Below, piece after piece: positions 23,272-33,000 of a stretch of 64,000 nucleotides of DNA (the first letter of the stretch is position 1; each line of letters begins with the position of its first letter). The translations under genes and the position numbers were made by a program. Origin of the DNA: a virus; the IMG/VR virus record IMGVR_UViG_3300022752_000019, positions 64,001-128,000 of that record. One strand, written 5' to 3'. Below the pieces are notes generated by a model. The model was given only the letters and a program-made list of their open reading frames with translations, was not told the origin of the DNA and searched no databases.

Positions 23272-26200
23272 AGCCCCAACCCTTGTCTCCGGCGCGGTCA
23301 GTAATCCAACGAAGACGGGCGCCCCGGAACTTTACTTGAGGAGAGACTTCGGTCCGGTAGCTTTCGTTCCACCTATTGTCCTCGACCCTTGGTCCAAGCA
23401 CTCGCTTCCCGTAGATTACGAGATTTGATGTCTCTCCAAACGGAAATGACGTCAACTCTGCTGTCGTAGGAACCTGCGAAACCGTCGGTTGGCGAGTCAG
23501 GCTCCAGATGTTGTTCTCGACGTAGGACAGGTCTCTTCCAGATGAACTTAAAGGAGTCTGGGGATCTGCCCAAGTAAACGGCACTGCACGGGCAGATACT
23601 GTACGCCGAGGCCCTCCGATGAAGCGGACTACCATAGCGTATGCGTAATGTCTTCTGTCCACCCGCAAATCTGCGTCTTGACCTGGAGTGATCTCAAACG
23701 TCTTCTTCTTGAAGAGCTCTCTTCCTGCGTGGACCTCGAGGTTAGATCCCGTGTTGCCGTCGAGCCACTTTGACGTAGAGTTAGTGTCTTGTGAAGGTGG
23801 AGACTCGGAGAGATCGATTGCCTCCTGATGGATCAACTCTCCGTACCCGTACTCCGGAGTGTGGTCGCTCCAAGTAGCGAAATCTCCGACATCGAGGCCA
23901 GTATCGAGAATGCTGAACCTCCAAATCTCCACATATACGCCAGCCATGTCCTCCCACTCAGTACCCAACGAGATGTCGGTGTAGTACTTGTTTGCCTGCC
24001 AAAAGCTCTCCGGAGCGTCTCTATAGATGCCCCAATGATTGGGAGAAGTCGGAACAAAGCTGAGCGATACATCCGCGCCGCTCAGCACTGCTCCGTGTGG
24101 AGGATCAAGAGGGATGATGAAGCCGGTATGGCCTGGAGGAACGAAGGCACTTCGGGAGATGAGCGTATCGGTGGAGCTGATTGCGTCGTTCGTCGTGAGG
24201 TGAGTGCACAGCGCATACCACAGAGGATCTTGCACCGGACTGCTCATTGTAAGCGTGGCCGAGTTTGGTCCAATTCTCAGCGGAGGCAGCGGTTCCGGCT
24301 GAATCCAGAGATCCTCTACCTCAGACTTTACGATCTTGTCGTAGAGCTCTTCCGACGCCACCGCAAAGTTGCGCCAAGTCATGACTTCTTCGTAGAGGTC
24401 GCTGAGCGTGTCGATGAACACATCAAACCGTTCCTCAGTGGGTCGCTGCGCTCGTCGAGGCGGAGATGGGTAGATTTTTCTCGCAAAGCGAAAGATTGCA
24501 TCCCTGTACAGATCAAACGTCTCATCGCTGGGTGAAACAGTAAAGTCCTGGTACAGCCCGTCGATAGCATCCCACTCATCCTGCGTGTCTAAGTGGAAAA
24601 TAAGTCTTGAGGTGACAGCAGTGTAGCTGACGATTCGGACTCGCAAGTCAATCTCGTAGCCCGAGCCGGCCGCAGCGGGAGACTCCCTTCTAAAGATGGC
24701 ATCGACGGCCGTTGCCCAAGCAATCTGATCGGACAAGGTGCTTAGCGATGTCAAATTGAGGACGTGCTGTTGACCGACAATGCACGCCTCAGAAGTCGTG
24801 CGAATTAATCCAGGGCCCCCTCTGAGCTCTTGCATTCCAAAGGAGTAGGATCGGGTAGGAGGGGAGACGTACTCCGTCCCATCGTGGTCCTTCGCCCAGC
24901 TAATGTTCAGGCCGTAGTCGGCGCCGTCCAACATTCGGACATCTGCTGGTCCGAGAGTTTGGAACCCACGTACCGGGTTTGCGTGCCTAAACCCATGGGC
25001 CGCGACATGGCCTGAGACGAGCACGGGCGCACTAATGAACGTAGGATCTACCTCGTGCTCAGTGCGGATCTCCTGAAAGAACACGTAGGTAGAGGATGTT
25101 GCATCCAATGGGATCGTGATCCGCAGCTCAAGTTCCGCGTCTTTGCGGCTTTGCGCCAAAGACGGCGAGGCTCGGTCAGCTACGTTGTCAGAAGACAGCA
25201 GTACCTCGTACGACCCGATTTCGGCCGTTAAAGGATTTGTACTGCTGGAAAGACTTGCGGTACCCGAAGCAATGGTGGTTCCGTCGCAGACAAGGGCGAC
25301 AGATAGGACAACCGGACTGCTTGTGCCGACAGAGGCTGCGCGAATCTTTGCCCTGACTCGAAGGTGGTCTGTCCAGACATACCTTCTGCCACGTTGCCGC
25401 AGCACACACGGAGTAGCGGTTCGATCTACACGAAGTCCGCCTCCGTGCGTGGACACGTAGGATAGTGAGCCTCCGCTTCCAAGTAGCTTTACGATGTCTG
25501 CTAAGGCGAAGTTTGAATCCGCACCTCTGACAGCCTCGTCTGCGTAAAAGGGCGGCCGTGGCTCCTCGGCGTACGAGGCCCAGGGGGTTGTCAGGGATGG
25601 ATTTTCCGCAGTTCCAGACCAGACAGACGGAAGGATTAGCGACGGTTCCGAGCCCGCTTCGTAGTCAGCAGCAGCCCCGATCCCGACGCCATCGACTGAC
25701 AACGACCACTCTACAAACCCGAATGTCTCGGAGCTCGATGTGCGGGCAGCCGCAGGATTGGCGCGACTTGAGAGCGAGTTCGGGTCGGACGTAATGAGCG
25801 GAAGCTGGTTTAGGTCCTTGGTTGACTGATATGTTCCAACCTGAAACCAGTCGGCAATATCCAGGTAGGAGCGGTGCCACCGCAGACCATGAACTCGGAA
25901 AGAAACGGAAGTCGCTGCGGTGATCTCGGCTTCACCAACCAGCGCCATCAGCAGGTCCGTACCTACTTGCCGAATCGAGACGATCGCGTATCGCTCTCCC
26001 TCCTGCGGGTGCCCCGACTCTGTAATCTCAGCAATACAGCCGATGAATGTGACGGCAAGACCGGCCAGGTCTCCAATGGCAAACGTCAGGATTCCAGAAT
26101 GGGGGAGGTTGAACTCAGCAAAGTCGGGCCCCAGCAGGTCGCCTGTTGGATCGCTGCTCGTCTCTGCTGTGGGAAGGATGATCCCGGGCTTGCCGAGCGT

Positions 26201-29200
26201 GGTGGGCGCGGCCCAGTAGGACGCAGAGCTCTCAGCCCAGGTGTAAGGCACATGCTGGTCGAGGTGCGATCCCCACATCGGGTAGATTGCGCGCCCCGCG
26301 GCAACCACGTCCTCAGAGAAGACGCCTCCAAGCGCATGACCGTCGGCCGCAGGCGGTCTGCCATGCACCCAGATAGAGCCGACGGTCTCTACCGCGGAAC
26401 CGAGTCCCGTTACCGTCAGGGCCTCATCGGAGTTCCTTCGAGAAAAGACTGCTGTCGCAGACGGGGTGTGCCCTCCTCCCGCGGTGTCGTGTGCGTCTGC
26501 CTTACTGACTACAAGCGCGGGGTCGGCCCCCGCCTGAGAAATCAGTGCGGCAACAGACCTTCGTTCTCCAGTCGTGTAATCAGCACCGTCAACTTCTGGA
26601 TCGCGGAAAGACGGGCTGTTCCCGTAGCCCTCCGCAAGTACCTCGAGGCCAACAACGCGCGAGTCCTCCGTCGAGGAGGATGCAACCTCTACGCTAATGC
26701 CATCTGCGGGGGCATAAGCGACGACCTTGATGGAAGGCCCCTGGCTTACCGACCGGCCCCCTACCAGCGCACTGAACTCGGAATCGTTTGCGGTAACCAG
26801 AATGCCGGCGCCAATTCCTGCCCACCCGACACGGATTCCATAGGCCGTGTCGCTTGTAGAGTTTGGCTCTGACTCCTGAAACACACTGAGCCCTGCGCGT
26901 GCAGCGTTTGCACCTCCAAAGACGGGAACACCCACGCCAAGCCGCAGGTTGAGGACGCTGAACTGATGCGTTCCGGTGAATGTGGGAGTAGATCCATCCA
27001 AGCCACGGATCGTCATTTGGTTGGGACGAATCTCATAGATCTCGTACAGTCCGGCGTTGAGACCGGTCAGCACACGGACGTAGGACTTTGCCCCGTGCCC
27101 GTTCGCACTTCTCTGCGAAGTGCTGTGATGGGTGATCGGAAACACGGACCGCAGCGCGTCGGGGTCAACTGACGCTGCCGAGCTGTCTACGATTGTGGTG
27201 ATGACACCTCCCGTTGCAAACGACCCGGACAGCACTGCAAGGTCAGTTCGGAGCGTGGTGCCATCGAGCTCAATGGACTGCGTGACGTGCTCGAAGTGCG
27301 CGAACGACAGGTCTCCGCTCTCGCTGCTGTCATTCATCTTGATGTGATGGAAGCCGCCTGCACGAGGCGACTCTGTCACGCTCATGAACGCAGCGCGGAA
27401 GTCGGAGATCAGGTCATCGAAGATCTCCCAGGAAGAGACGTTGTCTACGCCAGCACCTTCCGCGAGAGTTGTCCCGATCTGATGCGGAGGAGGAACGACC
27501 TGAACCGTCCGCCCATCGATCCAGCGGACGATTCTCCAGTCGGAGTAGTTGACTCCGGCGATGACGAAGTTGATTGATCGTCCGAGGTCGGCAAGGCTGA
27601 ACGAGTCCTCACCGGAGGCGCGGAGCAGGTTGCCTGCAAGGATCTCTGCCGTATCTGCCGAAGTCCTGTCCGATGCCGCAGTGCCTACCGTAGGAATCGA
27701 GAACACAGTGAACGGACGATGAGTGGCCTCGGCAAAGAAGCCCGATCCCCTGTCCTGCCCCTGGCCCTTGTAAATGCCACCCAGGTTCATGTTGCGGTGC
27801 AGGTTCCGCAGAACCCAGCCATCCACCTCTTCCGCCGAGTTCACTGCCGGAACGAGCAGGAAGTCTTGCGGGACCGCGCCGAACTCGTTCTGCATTCCCA
27901 GGATGATCTTGATGCCACCCGAGGGAACGCGCGGAAGTGGCGGCTCTGGGGCGATGACAAGAGACGACTCGAACTTGCCGTTCGAGCGGATCGTGATCGT
28001 CTCCCCACTGGCCGGGTTCAGCAGATGAAGAGATTCGGCAGTCTCCGGACGAACGATGAGCATCGTCTCAGAGACCACGGTATCGACGACATACCTCCCG
28101 ATGTTGGTCCTCGGAGTTTCGTCTGTCGCGCCGGCAAGCTCCGCGATGTCACCGGGTTCGACGCCATCAGTCACGAAGGTTGCATCTTCCGCGACAATGG
28201 TGGCCCCGTCGATGATCTCCGTCACCGAGATCGCAGAAGTCTTTGTGGACTCGTGGCCCAGGACGTTCCTGAATGCGTCGAACGTCGAACTGGTAAGAAG
28301 GACTGAAAGCGCGTTGCCATTCTCGTCGTAGGTAGTCTTTGACAGAGGCGAGCCCGATGGAGCGAAGGCGACGGTGCCTACACGCACGACGCGGTTCAAC
28401 GAGAGGATTTCGTTCCACTCCGCATCTACGATGGCAAAGTACTTGGAGATCTGATCAATAGTCGCCGTCTCTGGAAGGTCGACGAAGATGTTCCCCTCGA
28501 GTACCGCGTCGAGGTCATCCCCAAACCCAGTCCGCAGGTCGATAAAGTCCACTTCCCCCGTGGCGGCGTTCTCGATAAGACGTGCGCTGCCTTCCGGGAC
28601 CTCGAGGACAACCGGAACAGCCACCTCGCGGACCATCTTCACCTGATGGTTGTCGAGGTTCTTTGCCAGGCTGTGTAGAGCCCGGTTGAAGTTCTCGCTG
28701 GTCCTGTCCTCTCCGCGCGCAATGAAGCTGGCGCTCGGACGGTTGTGCTGGGTCATCGCACGAGGGCTGGAAGAGGCCAGGTCTCCCGCAGTGACCTTTG
28801 CCGCAGGGTGCGGGCTCACGTAGAAGCCCAGCAGCGGGGCCAGATCAGTTGCACCAAGCAGGTTGAGCGGCAGGACTTCGATGAACGCCTGGATGATCGG
28901 AGAAACAGAAACACTGCCAAGTTCGGTGGACTTGAGACAGAGAACTCCCTCAATCGCAGACGCAGTCAGCGGCACCGGAGAGATGGCCGAAGCTGCGGTA
29001 TTGATGCCGTCGACGATGTCCTGAAGGGTAGGAGCCGACGCAAAGGAAAACGTCACCTGCAAGGACGCGCAGCTTTCTGTTGCGAGCTCGATGCCGTAGG
29101 ATCCTGCGCCGACGTCATCGAAGCCCCCATCCACATTGACATGGACGGAGCCGTAGATCACTGGCTCGGAAAGCACGCGTACGTCGGTGCCGCTGGCGAG

Positions 29201-29224
29201 AAAAGGACGGCGAACGAAGCTCAT
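23270..29224 (-). CDS. Very large virion structural protein (tail fibre or baseplate-associated), 1984 aa
   Basis: Last gene of the baseplate operon; beta-rich and acidic; GEDRTSENFNRAL motif. Confidence 0.7.
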   Translation of the reverse strand: MSFVRRPFLASGTDVRVLSEPVIYGSVHVNVDGGFDDVGAGSYGIELATESCASLQVTFSFASAPTLQDIVDGINTAASAISPVPLTASAIEGVLCLKSTELGSVSVSPIIQAFIEVLPLNLLGATDLAPLLGFYVSPHPAAKVTAGDLASSSPRAMTQHNRPSASFIARGEDRTSENFNRALHSLAKNLDNHQVKMVREVAVPVVLEVPEGSARLIENAATGEVDFIDLRTGFGDDLDAVLEGNIFVDLPETATIDQISKYFAIVDAEWNEILSLNRVVRVGTVAFAPSGSPLSKTTYDENGNALSVLLTSSTFDAFRNVLGHESTKTSAISVTEIIDGATIVAEDATFVTDGVEPGDIAELAGATDETPRTNIGRYVVDTVVSETMLIVRPETAESLHLLNPASGETITIRSNGKFESSLVIAPEPPLPRVPSGGIKIILGMQNEFGAVPQDFLLVPAVNSAEEVDGWVLRNLHRNMNLGGIYKGQGQDRGSGFFAEATHRPFTVFSIPTVGTAASDRTSADTAEILAGNLLRASGEDSFSLADLGRSINFVIAGVNYSDWRIVRWIDGRTVQVVPPPHQIGTTLAEGAGVDNVSSWEIFDDLISDFRAAFMSVTESPRAGGFHHIKMNDSSESGDLSFAHFEHVTQSIELDGTTLRTDLAVLSGSFATGGVITTIVDSSAASVDPDALRSVFPITHHSTSQRSANGHGAKSYVRVLTGLNAGLYEIYEIRPNQMTIRGLDGSTPTFTGTHQFSVLNLRLGVGVPVFGGANAARAGLSVFQESEPNSTSDTAYGIRVGWAGIGAGILVTANDSEFSALVGGRSVSQGPSIKVVAYAPADGISVEVASSSTEDSRVVGLEVLAEGYGNSPSFRDPEVDGADYTTGERRSVAALISQAGADPALVVSKADAHDTAGGGHTPSATAVFSRRNSDEALTVTGLGSAVETVGSIWVHGRPPAADGHALGGVFSEDVVAAGRAIYPMWGSHLDQHVPYTWAESSASYWAAPTTLGKPGIILPTAETSSDPTGDLLGPDFAEFNLPHSGILTFAIGDLAGLAVTFIGCIAEITESGHPQEGERYAIVSIRQVGTDLLMALVGEAEITAATSVSFRVHGLRWHRSYLDIADWFQVGTYQSTKDLNQLPLITSDPNSLSSRANPAAARTSSSETFGFVEWSLSVDGVGIGAAADYEAGSEPSLILPSVWSGTAENPSLTTPWASYAEEPRPPFYADEAVRGADSNFALADIVKLLGSGGSLSYVSTHGGGLRVDRTATPCVLRQRGRRYVWTDHLRVRAKIRAASVGTSSPVVLSVALVCDGTTIASGTASLSSSTNPLTAEIGSYEVLLSSDNVADRASPSLAQSRKDAELELRITIPLDATSSTYVFFQEIRTEHEVDPTFISAPVLVSGHVAAHGFRHANPVRGFQTLGPADVRMLDGADYGLNISWAKDHDGTEYVSPPTRSYSFGMQELRGGPGLIRTTSEACIVGQQHVLNLTSLSTLSDQIAWATAVDAIFRRESPAAAGSGYEIDLRVRIVSYTAVTSRLIFHLDTQDEWDAIDGLYQDFTVSPSDETFDLYRDAIFRFARKIYPSPPRRAQRPTEERFDVFIDTLSDLYEEVMTWRNFAVASEELYDKIVKSEVEDLWIQPEPLPPLRIGPNSATLTMSSPVQDPLWYALCTHLTTNDAISSTDTLISRSAFVPPGHTGFIIPLDPPHGAVLSGADVSLSFVPTSPNHWGIYRDAPESFWQANKYYTDISLGTEWEDMAGVYVEIWRFSILDTGLDVGDFATWSDHTPEYGYGELIHQEAIDLSESPPSQDTNSTSKWLDGNTGSNLEVHAGRELFKKKTFEITPGQDADLRVDRRHYAYAMVVRFIGGPRRTVSARAVPFTWADPQTPLSSSGRDLSYVENNIWSLTRQPTVSQVPTTAELTSFPFGETSNLVIYGKRVLGPRVEDNRWNESYRTEVSPQVKFRGARLRWITDRAGDKGWG

Positions 29225-29835
29225 AGGAAACGAACCTCCCAGATGACCCGGAGGGTAAAGTCAGTCGTCTTGGTAACCGGCTCGAAGGTCTTGTAGGCCA
29301 TTGGAGCTTCATCCGCAGTCGCGAGACCTGTTGGACGCGAGGTCGTACTCCAGCCGTTGGCCGGGTCTCCGTCCGTGAACAAACCTGCTTCCGTCAAGAT
29401 CATGTTGTCGGGGAGAGAGATCTCAGTCTGCCCATACTCGCGCACAAACCGAACAGCGGTTCTCGAAGAGGTAGACGACAGCACGGGAAACGTGGCCGGA
29501 ACCTTCAGACGAGCAAGGTACTCTCCGGGAGCGTACGGAACCATCTGCACGAGACTCGGGATGTTGGCAACCTCGGGCTGAGATCCGATACCCACACCAA
29601 CGAAGGCGATGCGGTCATTGCGGAAGAACTTGTCTCCGCTGAACGCCTTGAGCGCAATCAACTCGGAGAGGTACTCCCTCCCAGTGAGGGTCCAGATGTT
29701 GGAACCCTCTACATGCTGCCGAACCTTGCCGCGCTCGAAGCAGTCGATCGTCACATGCCCCTCAATCGCAGGGGCAGACTTTTTGTCCTGGATGATCTTC
29801 GGTCCAAACCAAGGCAGCAGTTTGAGGATATTCAT
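29221..29835 (-). CDS. Tail-collar/fibre-attachment-like protein
   Basis: N.WTLTGREYL, VGVGIG, LTEAGLF, YKTFEPVTKTTDFTLRVIWEVRF. Confidence 0.7.
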   Translation of the reverse strand: MNILKLLPWFGPKIIQDKKSAPAIEGHVTIDCFERGKVRQHVEGSNIWTLTGREYLSELIALKAFSGDKFFRNDRIAFVGVGIGSQPEVANIPSLVQMVPYAPGEYLARLKVPATFPVLSSTSSRTAVRFVREYGQTEISLPDNMILTEAGLFTDGDPANGWSTTSRPTGLATADEAPMAYKTFEPVTKTTDFTLRVIWEVRFL

Positions 29836-30023
29836 ACCGAAAATCTCCCGATGATCTCTTTGGCCTTATCCAGCGTAACACCGAAGTTCCTTGCAATCAC
29901 TTCGGGGTCGAGCGGCTTACCGTCCGCAGATTGTATCCCACCGCGGCGGGCTCCGCGGATTCCGCCCTCGACATGAAGTTCATCTTTGACCTTTGGTGTT
30001 TCTTTCCGGTACTGAATCATCAA
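29832..30023 (-). CDS. Hypothetical protein
   Basis: Overlaps both neighbours by 4 bp. Confidence 0.65.
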   Translation of the reverse strand: MMIQYRKETPKVKDELHVEGGIRGARRGGIQSADGKPLDPEVIARNFGVTLDKAKEIIGRFSV

Positions 30024-33000
30024 GTGAGCCTACCTTGATTCGGGATCTCTCGTCGATAAATCCGACCCGAGACTTCGCCCGAGCCAACAGTATCCGCAAG
30101 CGTGATTGTTGTGCCAGTTACTCCGATGATTAGCCGAGTAACTGTTCCATCTTCATCTGTATACTCAAAGAAGTCTCCAGGTCGCACGCCAAGGGCTTGC
30201 ACATCATCAGCACACACTACCTCATCGGAGCCATCCAGCGTGAACGCGCTTGCTGGGCGACAAAGCACAGCACTCACGGTTTCCGTTGAGGGGGACAGTG
30301 CGTCCAGGGTCAGCAGATCTCCATCCGCCTCCAGAATCCCGAACGCTCCGAGAGCCAGCGCGCCAAGGGGCCCGGTCACTACGAGCGTGTCGTCCGTCTG
30401 CGGGACCTCAGTAGGTACTCCAAGCACAGTTGCAAATGCGGAGTTCAGCGTCAACTCGACGGACCAAGACTCCAACTGGTCGAGGGGACGGTAGATATCC
30501 AACTCGACGGTATCGTAGCCCGTGAGGCGCTCAAGGCGACCATCCGAGTCTCCATCGAGGTCCTCGAACATCTCCTTGTGGATCTCAATGCTGGTGACAC
30601 TGCTTGCGGGACGGTCGACGTAGACTCGATTTCCCGAAACTCCGACCACTCTAAAGTAGACTCCATCCTGGTCGTAGATGCGATCGCCCTTATCAATGGG
30701 AAGAAGGTCCGCGTCGACTACCTCGACGAAGTCTGTGCCGCCAACCGCAGGCCCATCATAGATTGGGTTCTCCAACAGGGCCCACCGCTCGATTCTGTAG
30801 GGAGCACCCTCCGTGCTGGACGGAATCTGAGAGGCCAGTGTAAGCTTGGTTTCTGTGTTGTCGAATACCCCCGAGGTCCAGTTGTAAGTGCCCAGATCCT
30901 CGATGAGGTACACGCCGCGACTGTCGCCACTCTCGATGATGAGGCGGTCCCCCTGCGCAACCCCATCCGAGCGGAATGACGCGGACCCGTCTACGAAAAC
31001 ATAGTTGGAAAGATCGACATAGTCATCACCAACCGTGTCATCAATCAAAAAGCTGCTCCCAGTGGCGATGACATGCCCGCTGTCACGAAGGATCTGGAAC
31101 TTGACATTCGTGTCCGCCGAGATTGCAGCGATCTCGATAGCGCGTGGTGCTTCTTCCGCGTGCTTCACGAGTGTCAACTGCGTCGCTGAATCGACAGATT
31201 GGATGTCGAACAATCCGTAGTTTGCGCCCGTGAGGACCAGCAGGCGGTCTCCTGGGCGGACCAGATTGAGGCCGTGTACCGGCACAGACCCCGAAAAGAC
31301 TGAGTTCAGGCTGTCAAGCTCGGTGAGGACTCCGCTAAAGCCTCCGCGGGCTGAGGTGACAATGCCCGAGCCTGCGGACATGGCCAAGTCATCGCCCTGG
31401 AAGAGCGTGCGAGTTGAGCGACTTCCATAGTCCACGCGCCGCAGGGCAACGCCGCTCCCATAGTCCACGCGCCGCAGGGCAACGCCGCTCCCGTTGAAGT
31501 CATCGAACGCGTGTGACGACTCTCGGCTGAACGCAGGGTCATCCAGGAAGTAGGCATCCATCTCCAGAGACAGCGCAGCATCTACGGTCACGGTGTCGAG
31601 CAGGGACAGCACAGCAACCACAATGGGCTTTGTGTAGATCGGACGGATGTTTCGAAGGAACTGTGTTGCAAGTGGCAGGTCGCGGGAGTCCACAGCACGG
31701 ACGTCTACTTCGACCTGCCAGGTGTGGTACTTCTGAAGCTCGACCTCGCCTGCAACATCCGAGTACTCGCGCCACCAGTTCGGAGAGATCACATTGTCTG
31801 TGATGATCACCGAGTTGGTCAGCGGAGTGAACGGAGGCAAGAAGTCCCCCTCGGCAAAGGTGCTTCCCGTCAGCGGGTTGATGCCCAGCCCCTTGAACTT
31901 CTCCAAGCTGTAAAGGTCGCTGCGCGGATACCGGAAGACGTTGAAGATGCCAGTGCCCAGGCCCTCGTTGTCCAGCTCCTCGGTCACAACCCTGCCATAC
32001 GACTCTGTGTACTCGGCATCGATCGTGACGATCTCACTGGGCTTCTCGGTTACCGGCAGGTCCAGCAAGATGTGTGAACCGATCTCAGCTGAGCGCAGCG
32101 TGGGGCCAGATGCCCACGCGTACATCAGGCCTGCGACCGCGGAACGAAACGTGATTTGCGTCGTTCCATACGCATCCAGATCGGCCTTGCGGACACCAAC
32201 GAGCACGCCGAAGTTGTCCTCGATGTACTTGAAGTTGTCCAGCAGCGTCAGCGGAGCCCAGAGATGTGCCGGTGCTGGAGACGAAGGGCTGAACCGGCTG
32301 GCGAACTCGACGAACCGCCCAGTCCCGCGACGCCGGATGACGTACTCAAGAGAGGGCTGCGAAGCGACCGGCAGCGATCCATCGGCGATACGCGGGCTAA
32401 CTCTGATCTCCGTATCGGAGACGACCGACGTAATGACGTAAGAGCCTTGACTCAGGCCGCTCTTGATCTCGAGCTCATCACCCGGGCGTACTCCGTGGAA
32501 GGCCAGTGCGTAGTCCGCAATCTGGATGACAGACGAACGTGCGCGCGTCGTTAGCGCGGCGCCTCGAACTTCTGTGTCCGTGAGGCTGAAGTCGTTGTTC
32601 TCAGACAGCTTGACTGGGGACCGCTTGAGCGCAGAGGTGGTCTCATCTTTGTGCGTCATGACGGCAGTGCCGTCTGCCTGCGTCTCCACCTGCTCAGTCG
32701 AGATGTACTCGAACAGCGCCGGAATGGAGTAGACCGGATGCTCGAGTGTGTTGTCGGGGTCGAGAGGAATGCGCGAGTTTCGCAGGATCCTCTTTGGGAC
32801 CACGCGGAACTGGAAGTACCCCGGAAGCGCGATGTTCGTAGAAGGATCCAGCGGGAGGTTGCGCCAAGAGTTCTTGAACTCTGTGCTGTGCATCAGCTCG
32901 TAGATGTCGAGGGCTGAGGATGTCAGAAGGGCCTCTCCAGACTCGGAGATGGTCACCGTCGGGATCGACATTTCTACCGCAAGCCTTTCCAGGTCGGCGG

